Below, piece by piece: positions 1 to 14,580 of a stretch of 64,000 bases of DNA. How positions within the stretch are numbered: position 1 is the stretch's first letter; each line of letters begins with the position of its first letter. The notes under the pieces are model-generated. The model had not been told where the DNA came from and searched no databases. It saw nothing but the letters and a program-made list of their open reading frames with translations. This DNA is from Chrysomallon squamiferum (Eukaryota; Animalia; Mollusca), in assembly GCA_012295275.1 (NCBI GenBank), contig CM022666.1, positions 15,252,001 through 15,316,000 on the forward strand. Direction: 5' to 3'. A program made the position numbers and the translations under genes.

Positions 1-182
1 ACTTCGGATTGAATTTAATAGCAAACAATACTTTAAGGGGATGTTTGGGTTTTTCATGTCTTCGTTTTATTGACTTATTTATTATGATGTTGATAGTGAT
101 TATTATTATTATTATTATTATCACTAAAATAATTAGTTAATCTAGAAATATTATTTGCACATGGACTTTCCTTTTGATAAAC

Positions 183-241
<59 letters not shown>

Positions 242-596
242 GTAATAATAATAATAAAATAATAATAATAACATTTTAATAATATATAATTAATAATAAT
301 AATGAACCAAAACTTAAACAATAATCCAAAATCTGTTAATTGATTTATTTTCGTTTGGTAAATATTTTTCAGTTTTTACTTTAATCATTCCATAAATTTA
401 CGACAGTAACTGTTTTTAAACGGATAAATAATCCTCCAAAACACTAACAGACAGTCGGTTTGTTTTAACTTTTATCATCATACAGAGAATATTCATTAAT
501 GAGAAAATGAAAGACATAATATACAGAGTAAAGAGATAAGCAAAGTATTATTAAAAATAAAATATTTTTAATTGCATTTATACTTTCAAAAAGAAT

Positions 597-642
<46 letters not shown>

Positions 643-643
643 G

Positions 644-715
644 TTCCGATGCCGGGAATTGAACCCGGGCCACCTGGGTGAAAGCCAGGGATCCTAACCA
701 CTAGACCACATCGGA
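644..715 (-). tRNA. tRNA-Glu (anticodon TTC)
   Basis: Reverse complement TCCGATGTGGTCTAGTGGTTAGGATCCCTGGCTTTCACCCAGGTGGCCCGGGTTCAATTCCCGGCATCGGAA: 72 nt, 7-bp acceptor stem, anticodon arm CCTGG-CT-TTC-AC-CCAGG, A/B boxes; long T run just downstream on the minus strand (Pol III terminator). Confidence 0.95.
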
Positions 716-924
716 CTTGGTGAAAATATGGTGACTATAGTTACTTTAGCGATGTATAACTAATATTACCTAGTAGTAGTGTCTTTCCAGTATTGCATTC
801 CTGTTTAAAAAGAGCTGTTCCTTGATAATGTTGGTTTCACTATCAGAAGTAATTTTCAGAACTTTCCACCATTCTTATCTTATCTGAAGTGTAATCTTCA
901 GTCAAAGTAAAAATACGCACCTCC

Positions 925-971
<47 letters not shown>

Positions 972-1060
972 GTTATTTTAGATTCTGTCAGTGGAATATA
1001 TTACTGTGAATGCATTTTTTGTGTGCATTTTCATGTCTGAAAGAGAGAGAGATAGAGAGT

Positions 1061-1141
<81 letters not shown>

Positions 1142-1914
1142 ATGAATGAAAGTAACCAGCAGGAACGCGAAGATATCATACATCAATATAAATGTTTCAT
1201 GAAGTTTAACTTTCTGTTATTCTACACTTTACTGAAATATTAATACTCTTCAACTTTTGACTGAAACTACACCAAACCAGCAAAATCTCTAAACTCTCTG
1301 AAGAATGAACATTTGAACTGAAGTTGAATTTTGTGGAAAAAAATTCTTTCAGGGGATAGGTGGGTTTATTTGTTTGTTTGTTTTTGTTGTTCTAAAGGAT
1401 TTTATTTATTTATTTATTTATTTATTTGTTTGTTTATTTGTTATTATATAAAGTATATATATCAATGTAAGAGTCCATGTGTAAGTATACACACCGCAAA
1501 CCACTTGCAGCCATTCTCTAATACATACATACCTACATACATACATAAATGAGTAAATAAATAAATAAATAAATAATAATTAAGAATGTCTTTCCACAAG
1601 GTTTTAAAAACTTGCTTTGAGCCAGACTATTTTAACAGTAAAAAGCTGAAAACTATATACTGGTTATCATCTGTTTATGAATTATTATGAACAATACAGT
1701 ATTATCAGAATATTTTCCTTTTACTGTATTTTTACTTAATTTAAATATACATATTTTTATTTATTACATATATATATTTTTTATTTATTTATTTATTACA
1801 TATATATATGAAACTGTGACCCCTTAAAGGTCAGTAATGCATAAAGTGAACCATGAAAAAGATTATACGTATAGACGTAACGATTCAGTTTTCATATTTA
1901 TGAAAATAAACATT

Positions 1915-1986
1915 TTCCGATGCCGGGAATTGAACCCGGGCCACCTGGGTGAAAGCCAGGAATCCTAACCACTAGACCACATCGGA
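1915..1986 (-). tRNA. tRNA-Glu (anticodon TTC), second copy
   Basis: Identical to 644-715 except one base just before the anticodon stem (GGATTCCTGG vs GGATCCCTGG); TTTT tract a few nt downstream; flanks unrelated to copy 1. Confidence 0.95.
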
Positions 1987-2446
1987 GTTAGTTAAATAAG
2001 TGCACATACCCTATGGAAAATGAAACTGTTTTCGAACACTGTTTTTTTTTTATAAATGAAGTAGATTTTATTTTGCATTGCATAAATACACAAGGCTTCC
2101 CACAAGGTTTCCTTTATTACAGCCCTGACTAGAAAGACAAGTCCACGCGACAAGAATGTTGCAGCATCTTTTTTGTGTTTTCTTTTTGTATCCGAACCAA
2201 TTGTCACGCGATAACTGCTTTTGATGCTGTCGAGGAAGTGGCAGTCTTCTTAACTGCAGCCTGTAGAACTACTAGAGTGAAGAGGAACAAGACAACGATT
2301 GTGTCGCCATGAATGTGTGAAGTTCTCGCTTGCGCTGTACGACGACAAGACAATGTATTACGTGTACAACATCGATTTTCCGGGCATCCTTCGGTTTCAA
2401 AGCTTTACCGGATTATCAAGTTTTCCGGATCAAAAGAGGAAAAAAA

Positions 2447-2479
<33 letters not shown>

Positions 2480-2729
2480 AATTAACAAAGAAATAAAGAA
2501 ATAATAATTCAGCAGCAAATATCTCCCATCAGTATCTTCCATCATTATTTCTAAAGGGCAAAGAATGGCAAAAAATTTAAGTCAAATGTTTAAATCAAAC
2601 ACATTAATATAAATAGGACATGTTTATTAGTACAGACTGTAGAATTATTAGATGTAAATTAAGTTATTTCAAATGCCCGGTTCTAATTTTATGAGGCTGC
2701 GAAACACAAATTTCCGATTGTTCTCTAAG

Positions 2730-3095
2730 GCGTGGGAAAGTGGCAGTGCTCCTAATAGTTATGTGGGAACACAATTGTACAGTACCTGGGAGTGGCAGTC
2801 CTCCTAAAGGCGTAATATGATGATGTTAATAACTTTGTACTGGAAAACGGTTGTGTTCCTGTTGGCGATACGGAAAGAATATAATAATCGTCTATTACTT
2901 AATGTGGGGGAGGGTGGCAATACTCCTGTAGGCGATGTGAAAACAAGAACATAATTGTGTTGTATTTGGGAGTGGCAGTCCTCCTACTGGCGATACTGTA
3001 GTATGGGAAATGGCAGATTTGTATGAAAAGAATAAAATAATTACGTCATGGATGAATCGTACGGGAATATGGCAGTCTTCCTGTTGGCCATGTAG
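2730..3095. repeat. Degenerate ~40-65 bp spaced repeat with core GTGGCAGTCCTCCT..GGCGAT
   Basis: Core variants at ~2741, 2793, 2848, 2915, 2973, 3011, 3070 with divergent intervening sequence; a related word at ~2238. Confidence 0.6.
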
Positions 3096-3270
3096 GAATA
3101 ATAATAATTAAAAAAAAAGGCTTTCCTCGTGCTTGCAATGGGAGAACGTATTTAACTTTTTGCATATTTTGTTCTGAAGAACGACAACGCATCTAACTGC
3201 AGTTCATATCAGAGTATTTTGACAGCGCATGTATTTCAGCGAAACGAAGTAGAAGAATGATAATTATAAT

Positions 3271-3326
3271 GTATGAATGAATGTTTAACGAAACCCCAGC
3301 ACAAAAAATATACCGCCTGCTGGGTG
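3271..3326 (+). repeat. Short dispersed repeat (GAAT)n-GTTTAACGACACCCCAGCACAAAA family, copy 1
   Basis: tgaatgaatgtttaacgaaaccccagcacaaaaaata...tgggtg matches the reverse-complement copy at ~13960-14036. Confidence 0.65.
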
Positions 3327-3407
3327 AATTATAATTGCATTATAGAAAAAAAATAAGAAAAATAGTAGTCTTTTTCAGTTCCATCAAATTATTTTAACTA
3401 ACTAACT

Positions 3408-3543
<136 letters not shown>

Positions 3544-4832
3544 AAATCACCCTAAGTAAGTGTCATATGCATGCGAGAGAGGCAATATTCAGCTCATTCA
3601 CTCAGACAGTACTGATGTACTCGTCACACTAAAATCAGATACTGATAGCCAGAATGATAAACGACTTGAGAGGATAGACCCGTGTTAGATTTCAGTATCT
3701 GATGAATTAAAAACTTTGTTTCTTGTTGTTTTTGTTTTTTTCCTTCAATTATAGATGAATTTGTCGAACATTTAAACTTGAAAGTATCGCCTTTGTGGTT
3801 TGAGGGTAGTCATTACATAACATTTTAGAAAACGAAGTAAATGTTATTTAGTAGGAATATATATGTACGTACTGATGATATTATAGGGTTACGACATGTA
3901 GATATAACTAAATTTAGTTCTGATTTACATTGTATAGTTGTGTGTATAACTATATATATATATATTATTTATATGTATGTATGTATGTATGTATGTGTGT
4001 GTGTGTTTATGTGTATGCATGCTGTATACTTGTATGTATTTTTTCACATATGTATGTATGTATGTACGTATGTGTGTGTGTATTTTTATATATGTAAGTG
4101 TTATTTTACGTGTCTGTATTGTGAGCATGTTAATTAATCAGATCGATAGATCAGAACTGACATTTACAGTTCATTACTCATAAACACTGTTTATGCTGTT
4201 ATAATACTACTGCTTCTGCATGTACACAGAGGTTTATCCAAACCAAAAATCTTTATTTTTCACAATCAGTTCCATTTTCGTCCTATTTAATTTCCACCTT
4301 TGACGTGTCGCTCATCCGGTACGACAGATAAGCTGGGCTCGATAAGCTTCAACTCAAGAATTGTTCTTCTTTCGCGATGCAAGACTTAAACAAATTATTT
4401 TTTTTTTGTTTGTTTTTTTGTACGTATGTTTGCATAAAACCATGAATATACATTATATGATTTATGCAACAGTGCGTCCTTAGGTACATAATTCTGAATT
4501 TTAAACAGTATTGTTTTTTACGAAGAACAAAGCTTTTCAAAGGAATAGTCACCTTGAGACTGAGGATCTAAGATGCAGTGTACGAAAGACAATTGTTTTT
4601 TTTATAAAGTATTTATCTCATTTATAATCAGTTGTAGAACTAACAGACTCTCTTAATATATTCTTCCTTGCGACTGTTGTTTTGTTTTTGTGTTGCTTAT
4701 TGTCAACCAAACTTTAACGGTAATAAATTACGACAATGAATGCAAAGCACAAAACGAAATATGTGTGTTAAAGTTTATGTTGTTGTTGTTGTTTCGTGCG
4801 TATCAATATAATACAAAGACAGTTATCTCATG

Positions 4833-5450
4833 CGCTGACAAAAACATTAAAAAATTATGTTCATATCAGTCTGTCAAAGATGTTTACCCCGTTTATACGA
4901 TATGACGTCACAAGTATTATGAGATAGGCTGACAAAAACATTTCAAAATTGTTATCATTAGTCAGTTAAAAATGTTTTCCCCATTTGTACGATATGACAT
5001 CACAAGTATTATGAGATAGGCTGACAAAAACATTTCAAAATTGTTACCATTAGTCTATCAAAGATGTTTACACCGTTTATACGATATAACGTCACAAGTA
5101 TTATGAGATAGGCTGACAAAAACATTTCAAAATTGTTACCATTAGTCTATCAAAGATGTTTTCCCCATGTGTATGATATGACGTCACAAGTATTATGAGA
5201 TAGGCTGACAAAAACATTTCAAAATTGTTACCATTAGTCTATCAAAGATGTTTTCCCCATTTGTACGATATGACGTCACAAGTATTATGAGATAGGCTGA
5301 CAAAATTTTTTCAAAATTGTTACCATTAGTCTATCAAAGATGTTTTCCCCATGTGTACGATATGACGTCACAAGTATTGTGAGATAGGCTGACAAAAACA
5401 TTTCAAAATTGTTACCATTAGTCTGCAAAGATGTTTTGCCCTCTTGTATT
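4833..5450. repeat. 92-bp tandem repeat, ~6.5 copies, CRE-containing
   Basis: Unit register at 4903, 4995, 5087, 5179, 5271, 5363 (exact 92-bp period); TGACGTCA intact in four units. Confidence 0.95.
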
Positions 5451-5799
5451 ATAAGATAGGCTGCTTCTTTAATAATATTTTGCTTCGATGTTTATTATAG
5501 ATTTGTCTGCTTGGCTAAGGTTCTGTGTTTATTTATCAACGAAAACACACATACAAATGCACACACAAACATCATGCAAATTTTAAAAAAACACACATTA
5601 CAATAATAATGTGGCGTCATGGTGTATTGCGTTTCACTGCGGCAGGACAGGGTTTCAAGTGCGGTTGTTTATTTATTTATTATTGTCATTTAAACTTACT
5701 CATTTTATCAAAAACGTTTTACAGTTGCAAGAAGAAAGGGTTTCGTAATTTGATGAACAATGAATGCTTTTAAAAATATAACAGATAAGCCCAAACACC

Positions 5800-5803
5800 C
5801 ACA

Positions 5804-5835
<32 letters not shown>

Positions 5836-6650
5836 CATACATACATACATACATACATACATACACACACATACACACACACACATACACACACACACAC
5901 AAACATACATACATACATACATACATACATACACACATACATACATACATACATACACACATACATACATACACACACATACATACATACATACATACAT
6001 ACATACATACATACATACATACATACATACATACATACATACATACATACATACATACATACATACATACATACACACATACATACACACATACATACAT
6101 ACATACACACATACATACACACATACATACATACACATACATACACACATACATACATACATACACACATACATACATACATACATACATACATACATAC
6201 ATACACACATACATACATACATACACACACACATGCATACACACAAACACACAAAAACATACATACATACATACATACGCACATACATACATACATACAT
6301 ACATGCATACATACAAACATGCATATATACGTACATACATGCATACATACATGCATACATACACACATACATACAAACACATACATAAACACACATATAC
6401 ATACACACATACATACACATACATACACACACATACACACACATACATACACACACATAATACACACACATACATACACACATACATACACACACATACG
6501 CACATACACACACACGTACAAACACATGCACACTTACAAACATACATACATATATACATACATACATACACACACATACATACATACACACACATACACA
6601 CTTTACAAACAAACATACATACATACATATATATATATACATATACATAC
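5800..6650. repeat. (TACA)n/(CA)n compound microsatellite, ~850 bp
   Basis: Directly visible; source of the ~300-aa MYVC/HTYI pseudo-ORFs. Confidence 0.97.
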
Positions 6651-9435
6651 GGAATGAAGGAGAGGAAAGAGAAAAGTTGCGAATGAATTATTGATGATAA
6701 AAATTTTGTAATTGATAATAATGATCAGTAAAAACAGGTAAATTCAGGTAAATGTTATCAAAGCGTGCGTAGGTGGGTGGTATGCACTTTTTTCTTCAGT
6801 TAATAATATTTACATATGTCTCTTTATCTCCATGAGCACACCATAATTAACTGTTTACTGTATACTGCTTTACTGCTTTACTGCTGACTCACTGCTGACG
6901 TAAGACTCGCCCGATTTTCTACGGTTTGCAAATAACAACGTCAACAACATCATCAGCAGGCTCCTTAACTACAGCCACGAAATTATTATTTGGTCTTCTT
7001 TTCTTTAGCGCAGCTTTTCCTGTAAGTGTAGGGGAAATATTCAACAATGATAATTGCAACTTAATAACGGGAGTCACCCGTTAGTGTCTGAAAACAATTT
7101 CCAACCATCGATTGGTTCATAAATAATAAAATAATGACGTTCAGTCAAAGCGGTGCCCATTCTTTTCAAACGTATGGATTAATCGAAGTATACGTTGCTC
7201 AGTGAGTAGAAGGCCCGGATGTATGGGCAGGCAGAGACAAAATGTATCCATCGATTGCGATAAATCATTTCATTTCTCTTTTCCTCACGTGACGATCTCT
7301 GTTTTATCCCGATCCTGACAGCTGCTCGTCGGTCTTGAAATGGGATAGAGAAGCAAGACACACAATACACACACACACACACACACAGACACACACACAC
7401 ACATACACACACAAACATATATATACAGATATATCTATCTGTGTGTGTGTGTATGTGTCAGTGTGTGTGTGTATATGTGTGTGTGTATGTCTGTGTGTAT
7501 GTCTGTATGTCTGTGTCTGTGTGTGTGGTAAAACTCGGATTGGTTTGCAGTGTTTACCTTCAGATTTAATTGATGTTTGATATAATGGTAAAGAACGCAT
7601 TTCTTTGTCCTAGGAGCCGTTCATGTTTGCATCGTTAGACCAAAATTAATTATCTTTAACAGTATTAGCAGTAGTTATAACAGCGGTACAACAGTATTAG
7701 AAATAGCAGCAGTAATAATATACTCATTAAAAAAAATGTAGGGGAACGTGAACTATTAATTCTAATATCAAAATACGTTTTGATCGCAGATATTCTAGTG
7801 AAGAATGTCTGGGTGTCAGCACACAAAAGGACAGCCACTAACAAATTGAGATCAGATGCAATGCAGTATCTGACCACAAGCGTTCCTCAGAATCTTTGGT
7901 GGTCATAAGACGTACTGTAACACTGAAATACCGGTTGTAGTGTTTGTCTAAGTAATTCACTATTATCATATAACCATTCCCAAATTTGGCAGTTGTAAAT
8001 TTTAGGTTTAGAACGAAGATCAGACGAGCTGAGACAGTGAGCAGGACCGATCCCGCTTCCCTGCACGTCTCAGGAAGGCGCTCTATAATGAGATTTTCTT
8101 CATAATTAAAACTGCTGATAGCCACAAAAGATCAGTTTAACATTATCACTGACCTCCAACCTTTGATGAATAATAAATTTGTTTTGTTATTATTGAAGCT
8201 GCTAACTGTTCCAAGAGAAAACTTTGTTGTAACTAACCATTCAGCCTTTACTAAAATAAAGTGTTTTAATTATTAAAACTGTGAAAGAGAAAATTTTGTG
8301 TGTGAAAACTGCAAACTTTGCTAATAATAAAGTTAGCGTTGAAGCCCGTGGTCATAGAAACAAGAAAATGAATATGTTTTTCCCATTAAAAATGTCTCGT
8401 TTTTTATTACACGCCTTCGTCGCCACTAAATGATAAATTTATTCGTCTTTTGTTCCTTGCGTCGTATGCGCACACTTCACGTTTTAACCGTTCATGAAAA
8501 AAAAAAAAAAAAAACAAGAAAGAAAGAAAGACAAAAAATAGTTTCTAAACTTATCGCAAATATAAACCTATTTGAATAATCACTCCTGCTAATTAACATA
8601 AACTCGAAAGAAAACAAGAAAATTCGCTTAGCAAAATGGCTAATTATGTTTTATTTTTTTTTTTTTTTTTATTCCAGCAAAATGCATGATCGATAATGCT
8701 TTGTATATTTTTGCGCTTGCGTATTTTTATTTTTCATTTAAAACGGATACATGCTTAATTTTAAATCGTAGCAGAAACATTGTAAATAATGCATATACAA
8801 CGAAGTTATGGATTAACAATTACCCGGGCTTGTATACTTCCGAAACAGAGTTTTTTTTTTTTCATTTCATGTCTTTTTATCTATTGTTAACTGTGATTTG
8901 ATGACGTCATTAGAAAGTCTGATCGACAATTTCCGGGTACAGAGCTAAACCATTTGGGCTTTAAAAGATTTCATTGTCAGCTTATTTTTTTGTTTACACA
9001 TTAAATTTTGATTAGCAGTGATTTTGTTTTAACCTTCGTTGATCGTTTATTATTTTATTTTTTGAATTTGTCTTTGTTATGAACTCACATTTATTTCTTA
9101 TTTTTAAAACCACGGATAAAATAATTTCCTTGGTTTTTAGTACTTAATTAGAAATCATTATTAAAGTACTCGATATAAAGGCGAACAAATAAACGAAGGA
9201 AATAAAATCAGTTTTATTGACTGTACGTGTATGTATTAATACTCAAATAAAATTCACTGAAGTCCGCCTTATAACAAAGTATGATATAACACTACTACAT
9301 GATACAGTGTTATTAAAAAAAATACCATCCGAACGGCATCACGTGACCCCTAGACAATGCCGGTTGTGACGTCATTGGCTGCCAGGTATAATAATGAATG
9401 ATGTTCGCGAAAGGCTCACCAAAACTTATTTTAAT

Positions 9436-9504
<69 letters not shown>

Positions 9505-10341
9505 GTAAATAAATTAAGCATTACTGAATATCCTTTCTTTGCTGGAACGTTACAGACAGATTTTGTCATCATAAACACGAAGATATCTTCACACGAGTAA
9601 CTATTTGCTTTACACAAGCCACATTACTGTTTGTGGTAACGAAATGATTTCTAAATACTCCGTTTCCGAAAGGAAGCAAAGTTTAAAAGCGACAGCAGCA
9701 AAGTCAAAAAAAAAAAAAAAAAAAAAAAGAAAGAAAGAAAGAAAGAAAACCGAACTATGTTAGGCATAAAAGAGAAAAGAAATAAATTGTTCTTTCACTG
9801 TTGTTTCACAAAAAAAAAAAAAAAAAAAAGAAAAGAAAAGCAAAAAAAAGAAGTACTTTATTAAAAGTACTGGGTTGAGGAATACGTCACTGCGGTTCAT
9901 AACTGATTCAAATTTATTGCAGAGGCATCGAAAAACTTGTTGTCCGTTGGAAAGAAGTGGTAAATAACAACAAAGAATAGATTATTGATTAAATTATTAC
10001 AACTTGTTATCAGTTAACGATAAGTTTTCATCTACATAATGATTAAATTTAATTTAACCGCAATGACTCATTCCTCAACCCAATATTTAAAATGGCGTTC
10101 ACCTGACACATAAAAAAAAATGCGCGGGTCAGTGACCTGAACTAAAACAGATTCTAACCACACACAGATCATGTATAAATAATTACAAATCAATAAACGA
10201 TTCTTTACACCCTTTATTTCCAGCGTGTCGGTGTAATTATATTTCTGATTTTTAAAATAAAAGAGAAACGATACTCACATACGCACGAATACATCAAAAC
10301 AAGCACATAAGACGCACACCTATATTTAAACAAGTACACAC

Positions 10342-10403
<62 letters not shown>

Positions 10404-10528
10404 AATATATGAATGTTTGTATGTATGTATGTAAATATAGGTATGTTTGTCTGCCTGTTTTTCTATCATTATTCATGTATATATGTTTGTTTATATATAA
10501 ATATATACGTACATATCTGTGTATATGT

Positions 10529-10600
<72 letters not shown>

Positions 10601-11224
10601 TGCTGCTCCTGATTTTGGTCTCTGTGTGTTATTTTATCTTTTAACCACGTTGTAAATCGCAGGACCAGTAAATAATTAACGACATTTCAAATAATTAGAT
10701 AAAAATTTCGTGATGTTTTTGTTGAACGCATAAAGCCCATTTCAGCATGGCTGATTATTTTATACCATTAGATTATTACAAAACCAGAATTATTGATTTT
10801 CTGACTTGTGATAAAACAGTGATCAGCAGAATTGTATATCGTTTCGTCTGATACTGCAAAACATACAAAGAAAAGAAACGACGTTTTCATTGGCAGTTCC
10901 CAGAACTCGGCTTCCATTCAGAAAACAACGTTTTCAATGAAAGTTCAGACAAAGAAATATTACGTAGTAAACTCAATAATTTCAAACTGAAAATGTCAAG
11001 CTTGCTGAGTTCTTAAAGGTTATTAAAAATGTTTTGTGAGTCTGGTGTGTTTTAATTCGTTTGAATCGCGATTGAAATAATTGTCAGTTGTTTTGAGCAT
11101 CATGAAAAGAAAACTGTTTTCATGAAAGACGTTAACTTGGTACATTTTTTTTTTTTCTCTCTTTTCAAAAAGTCTTCTTCTTCTTTTTAATAAAACATAC
11201 ACAATCAGATACAGAAAGAGATCA

Positions 11225-11310
<86 letters not shown>

Positions 11311-12604
11311 GAGTACTGTTTCAAGTAAATTCACCGAGAAAGCTGAAATTCCATCAGTGTGTTTGAAGAGATCACTAACCAGTGAAAACCTAAAAGAGGA
11401 TAATGTTCTTGTTACTGTTTTTTTTTAAAACATAAAATTCTCGAAATATCAGTTTTAACGCACTGTTTGTCTTTTCCTATCTGGTCACGCTTGAAATTTG
11501 CCTGTTTTAATGACACCATTCTTTTCGTCGTTTTGACCACGATTGTTTATTTTAGAATTATCGTTATTTAATTTAAACTGTGTCTGTGGCGTTGTGGATA
11601 AATGGTTTAATAAAGAAATTTATATTTTCAAGTTGATGTTCTATTATTTTGGATGACCTATCATTACACACGGTCAAATATTACATTAAAATAATATTTC
11701 AGTGCCTCCTCTTCGGAACCAGAGCTGTCATAGTGTTTTTTATTTTTATTTTTTATTTATTCTGACGTCAACACGAAAAAAAAAATGTCGACATAATAGC
11801 ACTGTACTGATATCCCGAAGAACTACGGAATTACACGATCCTTGTAGAGGGCGCTATATATCTTTTCAAACTCGTTTGAAATATGGCGTTCAACCAGATA
11901 CGCCAGTATTTTTTTTTTAAATTTATTTTATTATTATTATTATTTTTTTTTTCCGGTTGATTCGTCGTAATTTATTTTATTTATTATTTTTTAAATGTGT
12001 CTTCTCGTTCGGATCAGGTTTCTTTAGTAAAATTCCATCACACCCTATATAATGTCAGCCATAATATAATAAACAGTCTGTTTCAGACAGCAAATAAAAC
12101 AGTTTGCAGTGAAGTGTGTGTGGTAAATGTTAATAATTCAGCAGGACAGCGGAGAATTTTCCTCAAGCGAAGAAAACGAATACAAACTGTTATAATCTTT
12201 TTAGATATTATTTTCATTATTTATTATTCGTTATTTTTAACCTAATATCTGATGATAATATACGTGACTACTCAGACAAAGAGATGTGACCCACTTCCAT
12301 GAAGGAAACATAAGGCTATTTTTATTAACTTTTTTTTCTTTCTAATGTGTTTATTTATTTACATTGCAAAATAAAATTTATAAAAAAAATTATGTTGATA
12401 AATGGTTAGATTATCGAAAGATAATAATTAATCTTGGTAATTCAGTTGGGTTTAGTTTGTTTATTACCTGTACAGTGTAAGTTTAGTTACTTTGCACATT
12501 AAATTCAGCAACTGAAACCTATCTTGTTACATATAGAACGTTTAACAGAAATTAGAAAAATAAAAAGATACACGATACTTTTTTTTAATAAATGTCATAG
12601 GTGA

Positions 12605-12895
<291 letters not shown>

Positions 12896-13959
12896 TGTGT
12901 GACTCTGTATCGTGTAGTTTTTCAAATCATTACAGTTGCAGTGCTATTACGATTGTTGTTGTTGTTAATATTATTACAGTTAATATGTTATTATTATCAT
13001 TGTCACTGATGTTATTATTTTTGTTGTAGTCGTAGTAGTAGTTGTTGTTGTTATTACTGTTATTATTATTTAAGCAACAAAAGAACCATGTTCAATACTA
13101 TAGGTTCATTCCAACTGTCCAACTTTGAGAATTGGTTTACAAATAACTCATCTCAAATGTATGGTGGCCCAAAAAAACCAATTTTGGACACTAAATATTC
13201 ATTTAAATATATATATATATATATATATACATACATACATTAGTGGCCCAAATCTGTTTTTGGTAGTTCAAAACAAAAAATATGCATTAGTCTTTTTAAC
13301 CCAACAAATCAATTCAAAGAGAAAAAACCCGGACATCAGAACGCCGCGTCGCAGACGATAGAAGCTAAGACGGCATTCGGGAAGGTTCGGATTGGTCAGC
13401 GTATTCGGCCGATATGATCCGAATAGTCACGATCAGTTTTACCATACTGGGTCAGCGAGACTCACAGTTTTGTTTACGAAGACTACAGTTAACTAGATGC
13501 ATATCCGCTTTGTAAAATTAGTGCTTATAAATAGATGTTGGCAAATTAAGATAAGGTGATATGCCCAGTTTATCGAACTAGGAGCAAACCTTTTTTATGT
13601 GAAATAAATATTTGCGATAAAATTATTAATAGTGGTTCTTGTGTTATAACTTATAGAAAAAAAAAAAAAAAAAAGGTCGTCCAAATAATATTTTTAGGGC
13701 GACTAAATCATAATTTTTTTTACATCTCAGTCGCCCAAACAGAAATTTGGCCGCATTTGGCGATCTGCCGACTGGCCATTTCCAGCCGTGCCAAAAAAAC
13801 ACAAAATCTATTACAGTATTACAAAGAAAACAGTTAGAATTGAGGTTGCGAAGCAAAGAATAAATATTTGCGCAACTACATCTCACTATTATTATTATTA
13901 TTATTACTGTTAATATTGTGTTTTGACAAATTTAGAATTTCACCATTTTGCTCTACATT

Positions 13960-14036
13960 TACCTTTGTTTGACACCTAGTAGCCGATATATATTTTGTTT
14001 TGTGCTGGGGTGTCGTTAAACAGTCATTCATTCATT
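13960..14036 (-). repeat. Short dispersed repeat, copy 2 (same family as 3271-3326)
   Basis: tttgacacctagtagccgatata...tgtgctggggtgtcgttaaacagtcattcattcatt is the reverse complement of the 3271 element. Confidence 0.65.
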
Positions 14037-14210
14037 GAGTATTATTTAAGAAACGGGCGCTCAGTGTTATAGGTTCATTCTAACTGTGCAACTTTGAGAA
14101 TCGATTTACAATAAGAACACAAAATATTGATGAATAATCTGTTTCAGTTTTACAAAGAAAACAGTTAACAACAGATGTAACGAAGCAAAGCATAACGACA
14201 GCTCAGTATT

Positions 14211-14248
<38 letters not shown>

Positions 14249-14548
14249 AAAAAGAAAATAAGCATTGAAATGTACGAGCACTTTTCCTTTTTTTTAAAAC
14301 ATTTAAACATAATTATTTGTGAAGACTGATTTTAAGCATTATTAATTTATTTAAACGTTTTAAAGATTATCATGTCGACTAATAATGTTAGCGCTTCTTT
14401 CATTTTTCGCTCTGATTCTTTGAACATAATTTTATATGACATTGCATTTAGGAAATTATTCTGTTAGTTGAAAAATAAAAATAATAAAATGTAATAGCAA
14501 TAATATTCATAATCATAATAACGACAGCAACAACAACAACAATAACAA

Positions 14549-14580
<32 letters not shown>

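Noticed and set aside
465-701. 78-aa minus ORF MVRIPGFHPGGPGSIPGIG...
   Set aside because: It is the tRNA-Glu gene plus its poly-T tract read as codons.
2730-3095. CRISPR-like repeat-spacer appearance
   Set aside because: Repeats are highly degenerate, spacing is irregular, there are no cas genes and the context is eukaryotic and intron-rich.
5700-6686. Longest ORFs in the track (277-308 aa, MYVC/HTYI-rich), and similar LSLS/ERER/IIII/YYYY ORFs throughout
   Set aside because: Translations of (TACA)n, (CA)n, (AG)n and (ATT)n microsatellites, open in several frames; not proteins.
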